Positions 18,479-24,294 of a DNA stretch of 64,000 nt are shown in pieces. The stretch's first letter is position 1; every line of letters starts with the position of its first letter. This DNA is from a virus. The notes beneath the pieces were generated by a model. It did no database searches. It saw nothing but the letters and a program-made list of their open reading frames with translations, and had not been told where the DNA came from. A program made the translations under genes and the position numbers. The stretch lies in IMG/VR virus record IMGVR_UViG_3300045988_034366. One strand, given 5' to 3'.

Positions 18479-18855
18479 TTCAATTCAAAAAGTAACAATA
18501 GCTGGAAGTAACCAGTTTCCTCATCAATGTTAGGTATAAATCTAGGATTTATCTTACCATCAACAATAACCTTATTCTTCCTTAGCTTGCCCATAATTAC
18601 TTGAAAGTGTGGGAGAGTGATATTACACTCTTCCCTTACTTTCTTTTTTGTGTCCTCACTCATGATAACCTTATCAAGGATATTGTCATCCTTAATAACT
18701 TTACTGAGCTGGTATCTTTGCTTTACAAAAGCAGTAATTACGTCAATCTCTCTATTTGTTAGATTATGAAAAGGCTGTAGAAATTCAAACCAATATCTAA
18801 AGAACTTACCATTTAATGAAGTGGGTATCCTAACTATGTTGTTAGCCTTCTTCAT
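18475..18855 (-). CDS. hypothetical protein (126 aa)
   Basis: ORF with a 4-nt overlap to the next gene. No motif recognised. Confidence 0.6.
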   Translation of the reverse strand: MKKANNIVRIPTSLNGKFFRYWFEFLQPFHNLTNREIDVITAFVKQRYQLSKVIKDDNILDKVIMSEDTKKKVREECNITLPHFQVIMGKLRKNKVIVDGKINPRFIPNIDEETGYFQLLLLFELK

Positions 18856-18863
18856 AATAGTAC

Positions 18864-19166
18864 TTACGCCTTAGTTACAGTCTCTGGCTCCTCTTCTTGC
18901 TTTGGAACTGTCATTATACTTTCAATCTCAGCAACACACTTTTCAAGGAAGTCTTGCTTAAACATATGACCATTCTCTACTACCTTGAACAAGTAATCAA
19001 GTCTCTTGAACATGTTAGCCATATTCAACTCTTGCAACTTTGCAAACAGCTGTCTATTTTGTTCACTAAGTTGATGGGCAACACTCTCAAGCTGCTCATA
19101 AGACATCTTTTCAGGTCTCTGCACCTGTGGCTTCATTTCCACAACTTTCTTCTTTTGCTCTTCCAT
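18864..19166 (-). CDS. hypothetical coiled-coil protein (100 aa)
   Basis: ORF in the operon. Plus-strand ORF 18897-19172 is a shadow. Confidence 0.6.
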   Translation of the reverse strand: MEEQKKKVVEMKPQVQRPEKMSYEQLESVAHQLSEQNRQLFAKLQELNMANMFKRLDYLFKVVENGHMFKQDFLEKCVAEIESIMTVPKQEEEPETVTKA

Positions 19167-19168
19167 TT

Positions 19169-19417
19169 TTAATATTTGTCTAAGTGGTTATGACCGAATC
19201 TATTCCTATAGAGGCTCTCCCATTCCTCTATGGAGCATTCTGCTATGTCAGTAGACCCACAATTATCACAATATTCTGAGTCTTTCATGTCTAGGACATG
19301 CCTTACATTCAATGATAAACAATGCTTGCAGTAAAATACTGGCTCATTATTGTAATCATTATGCGGTTTTCCTCTGTCTGTGCTTAAGTTGCTCATATAT
19401 TCTCTTCTTCTCATCAT
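19169..19417 (-). CDS. zinc-ribbon protein (82 aa)
   Basis: CKHC...(18)...CDNC four-Cys ribbon. The start may instead be an internal Met. Confidence 0.55.
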   Translation of the reverse strand: MMRRREYMSNLSTDRGKPHNDYNNEPVFYCKHCLSLNVRHVLDMKDSEYCDNCGSTDIAECSIEEWESLYRNRFGHNHLDKY

Positions 19418-19673
19418 TTAGACTACCTTTCTTATGCTTAGCATTATTGAAAGGTCTCTTAGGATAAATAACTCCATCAAGGGAGATATAGCCCCTTCTG
19501 ATTGCTCTTCTCACAGACTTAAACCTGCTTACTGCTTCATAAGTTCTCAGGTGAAGAATATCTCTTTCATAGAAATCTCCCACAATATCTACTCTATTCT
19601 TCTCCATGTAATCCTTGAACTCCCCTTCACTCATCAAGGGTCTTTCTACTAACTTCTGCTCTTCCATATTCAT
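19359..19673 (-). CDS. basic hypothetical protein (104 aa)
   Basis: Lys/Arg-rich. AVSRFKSVRRAIRRG...YPKRP faintly recalls ribosomal protein bS21. Not asserted. Confidence 0.55.
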   Translation of the reverse strand: MNMEEQKLVERPLMSEGEFKDYMEKNRVDIVGDFYERDILHLRTYEAVSRFKSVRRAIRRGYISLDGVIYPKRPFNNAKHKKGSLNDEKKRIYEQLKHRQRKTA

Positions 19674-19678
19674 AATGT

Positions 19679-19858
19679 TTACTTGAAATAAATTAGAACA
19701 AACTGCCCATTCTCTTTTAAGAGGGATACTATATCTTCTCTTTTTATACCAACCTCATTAGCACTATTAACAATACCTCTAATAGTTGTAGCAGTAAGAG
19801 CAGTCATAATTCCTGGAGCCTTAGTCCTAGCCTTTTTTACTCTTTCAATTTCTTCCAT
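19679..19858 (-). CDS. hypothetical protein (59 aa)
   Basis: Track ORF 19679-19996 runs through two tRNA genes. It is trimmed to the ATG at 19858 (MEEIERVKKARTK), just downstream of tRNA-Met. Confidence 0.5.
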   Translation of the reverse strand: MEEIERVKKARTKAPGIMTALTATTIRGIVNSANEVGIKREDIVSLLKENGQFVLIYFK

Positions 19859-19872
19859 ATTACTTGAATTAG

Positions 19873-19945
19873 TTGCAGGGGAGAGACTCGAACTCTCAAC
19901 CTCAAGGTTATGAGCCTTGCTAGCTACCATTGCTATCACCCTACG
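19873..19945 (-). tRNA. tRNA-Met(CAT), initiator-like C1xA72
   Basis: Acceptor CGTAGGG/CCCTGCA with a C1-A72 mismatch. Anticodon arm CAAGG-CTCATAA-CCTTG. T-arm GAGAG-TTCGAGT-CTCTC. Confidence 0.8.
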
Positions 19946-19956
19946 ATGTATATTAG

Positions 19957-20029
19957 AGCCTCTTGTAGGAATTGAACCCACATCTTCTGAGTACAAAACA
20001 GAAATAATAAACCTTTATACTAAAGAGGC
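19957..20029 (-). tRNA. tRNA-Thr(TGT)
   Basis: Acceptor GCCTCTT/AAGAGGC. Anticodon loop TTTGTAC. T-arm GTGGG-TTCAATT-CCTAC. The D-arm is weak. Confidence 0.75.
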
Positions 20030-20033
20030 ATTG

Positions 20034-20119
20034 TAGCTTCAGTGGGACTTGAACCCACACTTCCATTACTGGAAAACAGAGTTTAAGTCTGTCGGGTCTA
20101 CCTATTCCCCCATGAAGCC
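20034..20119 (-). tRNA. tRNA-Leu(TAA), long variable arm
   Basis: Acceptor GGCTTCA/TGAAGCT. Anticodon arm ACAGA-CTTAAAC-TCTGT. T-arm GTGGG-TTCAAGT-CCCAC. 86 nt. Confidence 0.85.
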
Positions 20120-20125
20120 TTCGTT

Positions 20126-20572
20126 TTAATAAGGTCTTACATCACACAGACCAAACAAGTATCTATACTTGTTGATATTCTGTATAAATGTCTCACATTC
20201 TGAAGTGATGCCTTTATATATAATCTCTTGAGGAATCTTGTCATAAAAAGATAATGTACCTACTTTAACTTCTTCAATGAAGTCTATAGCATTTAGTGTA
20301 TTACTTGCAGTACCTTTAATAACATTAGGTTGCATCTGCCCAAGTATTCCCATATAACCCTCTGCAAGCCCATCCTGATAATCTGATAGTATAACAAGAA
20401 ACTCATCAAGATACACATGAATATTCTTCTTAGGTGCTGCCCAATGGAGGTTTTTACACTTAGTTTTCCACCCCTCAAGTTGATTGAGGAAACTTATGAA
20501 GAATTGACTTCCTGTAGGAGAATTATTCTCTCTTTCCTCTTCCATTGGTGTAAACAAGCTATCTTCAAACAT
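20126..20572 (-). CDS. Dps/ferritin-like protein
   Basis: FLNQLEGWKTKCKNLHWAAPKKNIHVYLDEF matches the Dps helix A/B signature (KN-x-HW...H..LDEF). The track start at 20599 is a TTG inside the -7 box, so the ATG at 20572 is used. Confidence 0.5.
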   Translation of the reverse strand: MFEDSLFTPMEEERENNSPTGSQFFISFLNQLEGWKTKCKNLHWAAPKKNIHVYLDEFLVILSDYQDGLAEGYMGILGQMQPNVIKGTASNTLNAIDFIEEVKVGTLSFYDKIPQEIIYKGITSECETFIQNINKYRYLFGLCDVRPY

Positions 20573-20596
20573 ACCTTTTCTATTGTTTTGATGTTG

Positions 20597-20628
20597 CAAA
20601 GTTAAGTAAAATATTTGTAACTACCAAA
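20597..20628 (-). promoter_or_regulatory. Bacteroides-type promoter (TTTG-N20-TAacTTTGcaa)
   Basis: -7 box at 20597-20604 and -33 TTTG at 20625-20628. The ATG lies 24 nt downstream. The upstream part is near-identical to promoter 23365-23396. Confidence 0.7.
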
Positions 20629-20661
20629 CATTTTCTTAACTATTTTCCAATTATTTTCTAG

Positions 20662-20742
20662 TACCCCCTAAGAGACTCGAACTCTTACACATTGCTGCGT
20701 ATGCTCCTAAGGCATATGTGTCTACCATTCCACCAAGAGGGC
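20662..20742 (-). tRNA. tRNA-Leu(TAG), long variable arm
   Basis: Acceptor GCCCTCT/AGGGGGT with two G-U pairs. Anticodon arm TATGC-CTTAGGA-GCATA. T-arm AAGAG-TTCGAGT-CTCTT. Confidence 0.8.
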
Positions 20743-20882
20743 ATTATGACAGCTTCCTACTGGGGTTTCACCTGAATCCTATTAAAATAGGTCTACTGTA
20801 TTCACACTGCCTTTTCATAAGTAGCATAGAGGCTAATGTGTAACTTATATTATCTACCTTATTAGCATACTATTACTTACTG

Positions 20883-20957
20883 TGGGTGTTCAAAGAATCG
20901 AACTTTGTTCTAAGGATTTTCAGTCCTCCGCAATGTAACCATACCTGCCCAGCACCC
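20883..20957 (-). tRNA. tRNA-Phe(GAA)
   Basis: Acceptor GGGTGCT/AACACCC with one mismatch. Anticodon arm GAGGA-CTGAAAA-TCCTT. T-arm CAAAG-TTCGATT-CTTTG. Confidence 0.75.
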
Positions 20958-21025
20958 ATAATGACTTATTTGTGTCTCTCCCCACATCACCTTCCATAAG
21001 TCAAGGACGAAGATTTCTATTGAAG

Positions 21026-21110
21026 TGGGAGTAAAAGGACTCGAACCTATTGTGTTTCTATGTGCCAGATTTACAGTCTGGTGCCCATCCACCATCTGAG
21101 CAGTACTCCC
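21026..21110 (-). tRNA. tRNA-Tyr(GTA), long variable arm
   Basis: Acceptor GGGAGTA/TACTCCC. D-arm GCTC..GGGC. Anticodon arm CCAGA-CTGTAAA-TCTGG. T-loop TTCGAGT. Confidence 0.85.
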
Positions 21111-21262
21111 ATAAATTATTTCCCAAGTTAGTAAAGGTAGTTACCTAGGAGGTAACATACCTGAGGGCAAGTAAGTTATATTTGAAAAAGCCTGACTTAC
21201 CCTTCTTTTAAGAAATGAAATAACCTTTTTCATATCACTTAATTTAAGGGATTAATAATTAG

Positions 21263-21335
21263 TTTCCCCACTAGGAGTTGAACCTAGCTCTCATGATTAA
21301 AAGTCAAGAGCATCCACCATCAATGCTTTGGGGAA
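21263..21335 (-). tRNA. tRNA-Lys(TTT)
   Basis: Acceptor TTCCCCA/TGGGGAA. D-arm GCAT..ATGC. Anticodon loop CTTTTAA. T-arm CTAGG-TTCAACT-CCTAG. Confidence 0.8.
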
Positions 21336-21493
21336 ATGAAGCAGGGTCTTTTATAGAGGTCCTTCTGCTTTAGCTAGTTAGCTATTCTAGCTAATTCTCC
21401 CTGCATACCTCTTATTGTCACTACATCCTATATAGGAATTGTAAAAGGAAATAATATCCTATAGGAATAGCATATAAAAGATGCTTTGTCCTA

Positions 21494-21793
21494 TTACTCT
21501 CCTTCAACCATTTTGGGAGGATTTTGTTTAATAGTATTACTATCTTTTCTTTCATATTTCTCAGACCATGCTTTTGTTATGCCAGCGGATGTAAATACAG
21601 CAGCAACAGCACCTATATATGCAGCTAGACCATTTAAGTCTGTTGCTATAGTATGGTTATATATCACCTCTACTATAAGTAGTATTGCTGGTACTAATAG
21701 CAGTACCAAACCTATTACTGTAACTGCTACAAGGAAGAAGTTCTTTGAACTAACTCCTGTATTATTCTTTATAAGTTTATCTATATAACACAT
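21494..21793 (-). CDS. two-TM membrane protein embedded in the tRNA operon (99 aa, holin-like size)
   Basis: Hydrophobic segments FFLVAVTVIGLVLLLVPAILLIV and LAAYIGAVAAVFTSAGI. The opposite-strand ORF 21486-21788 is also open. Minus is chosen for co-orientation with the flanking tRNAs. Confidence 0.5.
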   Translation of the reverse strand: MCYIDKLIKNNTGVSSKNFFLVAVTVIGLVLLLVPAILLIVEVIYNHTIATDLNGLAAYIGAVAAVFTSAGITKAWSEKYERKDSNTIKQNPPKMVEGE

Positions 21794-21801
21794 GACTTAA
21801 G

Positions 21802-21876
21802 ACTTGGAGGTGGGATTTGAACCCACGAATCATCAGATTTGCAGTCTGTGCCCTTAAACCACTCGGGTACTCCAAG
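21802..21876 (-). tRNA. tRNA-Cys(GCA)
   Basis: Acceptor CTTGGAG/CTCCAAG. Anticodon loop CTGCAAA. T-arm GTGGG-TTCAAAT-CCCAC. Confidence 0.8.
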
Positions 21877-21880
21877 GTAG

Positions 21881-21958
21881 TACTGGCAGAGGGACTTGAA
21901 CCCCCATGTGACCAATTACCCTTTCTAGACTGTATAAGAGTCAGGGGATATGCCAGTA
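21881..21958 (-). ncRNA. aberrant tRNA-like gene (anticodon-like loop CTTATAC in the D-arm position)
   Basis: 8-bp terminal stem TACTGGCA/TGCCAGTA and canonical T-arm GGGGG-TTCAAGT-CCCTC. The only anticodon-like hairpin (GACT-CTTATAC-AGTC) starts 8 nt after the acceptor. No D-arm precedes it, and an AATTGG D-loop-like stretch follows it. Confidence 0.5.
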
Positions 21959-21964
21959 TGTTGG

Positions 21965-22036
21965 GGTGTCTGATGGGAGTTGAACCCACACAATTTGGAG
22001 CCACAATCCAAAGCTCTACCATTAAGCTACAGACAC
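21965..22036 (-). tRNA. tRNA-His(GTG)
   Basis: Acceptor GTGTCTG/CAGACAC with discriminator C. D-arm GCTT..GAGC. Anticodon arm TTGGA-TTGTGGC-TCCAA. Confidence 0.85.
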
Positions 22037-22038
22037 AG

Positions 22039-22110
22039 TTCTGATGAGTAGACTCGAACTACTAACTACTGCCTTATGAGAGCAGCTTTCTACCATTGAA
22101 ATACATCAGA
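22039..22110 (-). tRNA. tRNA(CAT), elongator Met or Ile2
   Basis: Acceptor TCTGATG/CATCAGA. D-arm TTTC..GAAA. Anticodon arm CTGCT-CTCATAA-GGCAG. T-arm AGTAG-TTCGAGT-CTACT. Confidence 0.85.
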
Positions 22111-22115
22111 ATATG

Positions 22116-22188
22116 TAGGGATAATAGGACTTGAACCTATAACTCCTTCCGTATCAGAGAAGTGCTCTAACCATTGAACTATATCCCT
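22116..22188 (-). tRNA. tRNA-Ile(GAT)
   Basis: Acceptor AGGGATA/TATCCCT. Anticodon arm CTTCT-CTGATAC-GGAAG. T-arm ATAGG-TTCAAGT-CCTAT. Confidence 0.85.
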
Positions 22189-22194
22189 ATATTG

Positions 22195-22266
22195 CTGATG
22201 GGATAGGATTTGAACCCATATCAGCTGGTTTTGGAGACCAGTATTTTACCATTAAACTACCCATCA
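22195..22266 (-). tRNA. tRNA-Trp(CCA)
   Basis: Acceptor TGATGGG/CCCATCA. Anticodon arm CTGGT-CTCCAAA-ACCAG. T-arm ATGGG-TTCAAAT-CCTAT. Confidence 0.85.
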
Positions 22267-22273
22267 ATTTCTG

Positions 22274-22345
22274 CGGGGGTAGAGAGAATCGAACTCTCAT
22301 CTCTTGATTAACAGTCAAGTGCATAGACCTTCCAGCTACACCCCC
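22274..22345 (-). tRNA. tRNA-Asn(GTT)
   Basis: Acceptor GGGGGTG/TACCCCC. Anticodon arm CTTGA-CTGTTAA-TCAAG. T-arm GAGAG-TTCGATT-CTCTC. Confidence 0.85.
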
Positions 22346-22351
22346 TAATTG

Positions 22352-22425
22352 TTGCTCCTATAGGACTTGAACCTATGACCTTTTCCTTGTAAGGGAACTA
22401 TTCTTAACCACTGAACTAAGGAGCA
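22352..22425 (-). tRNA. tRNA-Val(TAC)
   Basis: Acceptor TGCTCCT/AGGAGCA. Anticodon loop CTTACAA. T-arm ATAGG-TTCAAGT-CCTAT. Confidence 0.85.
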
Positions 22426-22507
22426 ATGAAGCAGTTTCTTTAACCTCTAACTGCTTAAAAAGAGGGTTCAAGCAAAAGCTCAACATTATGAAAACATGAA
22501 ACATGTG

Positions 22508-22581
22508 TGGAGAATGAGGGACTTGAACCCTAAACTTGACTTTGCAAAAGTCATGTGTTAGCCAATTACACCACAAACCCC
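22508..22581 (-). tRNA. tRNA-Ala(TGC), imperfect acceptor stem
   Basis: D-arm GTGT-AATTGGCTA-ACAC. Anticodon arm TGACT-TTTGCAA-AGTCA. T-loop TTCAAGT. Acceptor GGGGTTT/ATTCTCC has a G3-U70 pair but two U-U mismatches. Confidence 0.6.
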
Positions 22582-22586
22582 ATTAG

Positions 22587-22659
22587 TAGGGAAAAGGAGA
22601 CTCGAACTCCTGATTTCTTGCTCCCAAAGCAAGCTCCTTGACCACTAGGATATTTCCCT
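22587..22659 (-). tRNA. tRNA-Pro(TGG)
   Basis: Acceptor AGGGAAA/TTTCCCT. Anticodon arm CTTGC-TTTGGGA-GCAAG. T-arm AGGAG-TTCGAGT-CTCCT. Confidence 0.85.
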
Positions 22660-22664
22660 ATAAG

Positions 22665-22750
22665 CGGAGAGCAATGTACTCGAAACATATACAATTACTT
22701 GTACACTTTGCTTAGCAGGCAAGCCCTATAACCTCATAGGTTTACTCTCC
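22665..22750 (-). tRNA. tRNA-Ser(GCT), long variable arm
   Basis: Acceptor GGAGAGT/GCTCTCC. Anticodon arm CTTGC-CTGCTAA-GCAAG. 86 nt. Confidence 0.8.
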
Positions 22751-22755
22751 AATAG

Positions 22756-22841
22756 TGGAAGTGTGAGATGTCGATTCCCATACCTTTTATGGTACCCATA
22801 GTTTTCAAGACTAGTCTAGAGGCCGCTCTAGTTACACTTCC
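22756..22841 (-). tRNA. tRNA-Ser(TGA), long variable arm, unusual T-loop
   Basis: Acceptor GGAAGTG/CACTTCC. Anticodon loop CTTGAAA. The T-arm TGGGA-ATCGACA-TCTCA has A at position 54 instead of T. Confidence 0.75.
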
Positions 22842-22890
22842 AATTTGCCTACCCTACCGCTGTAGGAATAGGACTTTTAAGTCGGGTCGC

Positions 22891-22962
22891 AGACTATGAG
22901 GGAATTGAACCCTGACCTTCACATTGACAGTGTGATATGCAAACCATTACACTACATAGTCT
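22891..22962 (-). tRNA. tRNA-Asp(GTC)
   Basis: Anticodon arm TCACA-CTGTCAA-TGTGA. T-loop TTCAATT. Acceptor AGACTAT/ATAGTCT. Ends are uncertain by 1-2 nt. Confidence 0.8.
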
Positions 22963-22968
22963 ATATAG

Positions 22969-23041
22969 TAGAGCCACTGGGAATTGAACCCAGATTTCTG
23001 CCTTGAAAGAGCAGTTACCTAACCTTTTAGTAGATGACTCC
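22969..23041 (-). tRNA. tRNA-Glu(TTC)
   Basis: Acceptor GGAGTCA/TGGCTCT. Anticodon arm CTGCT-CTTTCAA-GGCAG. T-arm CTGGG-TTCAATT-CCCAG. Confidence 0.85.
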
Positions 23042-23047
23042 ATTTAG

Positions 23048-23119
23048 TAGGGAAGTAAGGACTTGAACCTTATCCTTAGCCTTGAGAGAGCTATGACCTA
23101 ACCTATAGTCTACATCCCC
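23048..23119 (-). tRNA. tRNA-Glu(CTC)
   Basis: Acceptor GGGGATG/CTTCCCT with one mismatch. Anticodon arm TAGCT-CTCTCAA-GGCTA. T-arm TAAGG-TTCAAGT-CCTTA. Confidence 0.8.
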
Positions 23120-23128
23120 ATTTCTTAG

Positions 23129-23200
23129 TACCCCCTGAGGGAATTGAACCCCCATTAAAGGCTTAGAAGACCCTTGCATTATCCATTATACTAAGGGGGC
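23129..23200 (-). tRNA. tRNA-Arg(TCT)
   Basis: Acceptor GCCCCCT/AGGGGGT. Anticodon arm AGGGT-CTTCTAA-GCCTT. T-arm GGGGG-TTCAATT-CCCTC. Confidence 0.85.
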
Positions 23201-23204
23201 ATTG

Positions 23205-23275
23205 TTGTTCTCATAGGACTCGAACCTATAAACTCAGCTCCAAAAACTGATGTGTTACCATTACACCAGAGAACA
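23205..23275 (-). tRNA. tRNA-Gln(TTG)
   Basis: Acceptor TGTTCTC/GAGAACA. D-arm GTGT..ACAC. Anticodon arm TCAGT-TTTTGGA-GCTGA. T-arm ATAGG-TTCGAGT-CCTAT. Confidence 0.85.
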
Positions 23276-23364
23276 ATAAAAAGAGTACCATCTTAAAACA
23301 ACTGGTTAAGATGATACTCAAACAAAGATGAATATTCACCTAAAACCACCTCTCAATTGCAGTG

Positions 23365-23396
23365 CAAAGGTAAGCATAATTTTTGAAACTACCAAA
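23365..23396 (-). promoter_or_regulatory. Bacteroides-type promoter of the tRNA array (TTTG-N20-TAccTTTGcac)
   Basis: -7 box at 23365-23372 and -33 TTTG at 23393-23396. The first tRNA (Gln) 5' end lies 89 nt downstream. Confidence 0.7.
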
Positions 23397-23485
23397 TATT
23401 TTCTAAAATATTTTCAAGCAAAGCACTGCATTTGTCTATAAGAGTAAAAGAAATTTGCTAGGTTTTAGGTTCTCTAAAGTAAATA

Positions 23486-23893
23486 CTAACTCTTCTCTGC
23501 TAATTTATTAGCCCAGAGTTCAGTATAAAACTTATAGTAATTCCAACTGAATCCCATCATACCACAAATGCTATACACTATAAGATGTAATAAAGATGGG
23601 ATGCCTATAACTACTAAATATAAAGGACCTAGAATCCTAGATTGTTTACTATGTCCATGACTATGCTTAACAGCTGTATCTGTGGACATAGTATTCACAA
23701 AGATATAGCTACCTAAAGACATAGTTGGTAGCACATAATTATATATTATAGTATTACCTCCTACTATACCTTCTCTATATGCTGCCTCACATAATATACA
23801 TAATATACCTTCTATACAAATAGCAAGTAGATTCTGTGGGAATTGCCATAACCACATCAATGAATCCTTAATATAACTACTAATCTTCTTCAT
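23486..23893 (-). CDS. multi-pass membrane protein (135 aa)
   Basis: Several hydrophobic segments. The track start at 23938 is a TTG, so the ATG at 23893 (MKKISSYIKDSLMW) is used. Confidence 0.6.
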   Translation of the reverse strand: MKKISSYIKDSLMWLWQFPQNLLAICIEGILCILCEAAYREGIVGGNTIIYNYVLPTMSLGSYIFVNTMSTDTAVKHSHGHSKQSRILGPLYLVVIGIPSLLHLIVYSICGMMGFSWNYYKFYTELWANKLAEKS

Positions 23894-24172
23894 TATTAAA
23901 TATAATTTATCCCTAGAGCTGGGTTTAACAGCCTTCAAGACAGCTATTTTAGCTTTCCTATCAATTACTTACTTCAGTAGACCCGGGCTTTTAATCCTCT
24001 AAAGTCTGATTCCCTGTGCCTTTTCTCAGTGTGATGTGCTCAGACAATCTACCTTATAAAGTAATCATTTGTGTAGTATTGGGGACACCTCTCTATTATT
24101 TATAGATACTACCCAACTTCTGCCCCATTACTTTTTATCCTCATGGGGGATAACCTAATCACACTTAGGTTC
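23894..24172 (-). ncRNA. structured ~280-nt leader or independent small RNA downstream of promoter 24180-24211
   Basis: No ORF. Three strong hairpins lie directly after the promoter: 24152-24171 (AACCTAA/TTAGGTT), 24122-24149 (CCCCAT/ATGGGG) and 24071-24114 (GTAGTAT/ATACTAC). Confidence 0.4.
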
Positions 24173-24179
24173 TACGGTG

Positions 24180-24211
24180 CAAAGATAAGAAAAAAAAATG
24201 ACATGGCCAAA
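24180..24211 (-). promoter_or_regulatory. Bacteroides-type promoter (TTTG-N20-TAtcTTTGcac)
   Basis: -7 box at 24180-24187 and -33 TTTG at 24208-24211 on the minus strand. Confidence 0.65.
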
Positions 24212-24294
24212 TTTTAGTCATGCTATTTTATAACTAGGGGCAGCAAGATAGAGTACAACAACACAAAAGCTAGCCCATAATATAAAAAATGTTT

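Noticed and set aside
21486-21788. Plus-strand 100-aa ORF as the real gene in the gap of the tRNA array.
   Set aside because: It is the mirror of the minus-strand ORF 21494-21793, and both look membrane-like. Minus was preferred because it is co-oriented with the flanking tRNAs and the upstream promoter. This remains ambiguous.
19679-22576. Track ORFs crossing the tRNA array: the N-terminal part of 19679-19996, 20910-21095, 21777-22022, 21817-22044 and 22373-22576. ORF 27920-28111 does the same on the plus-strand tRNAs.
   Set aside because: They run through well-formed tRNA genes. The peptides (e.g. GSIPTRGS, VGSTPIRH) are translations of T-arm and acceptor sequences, so they are spurious.
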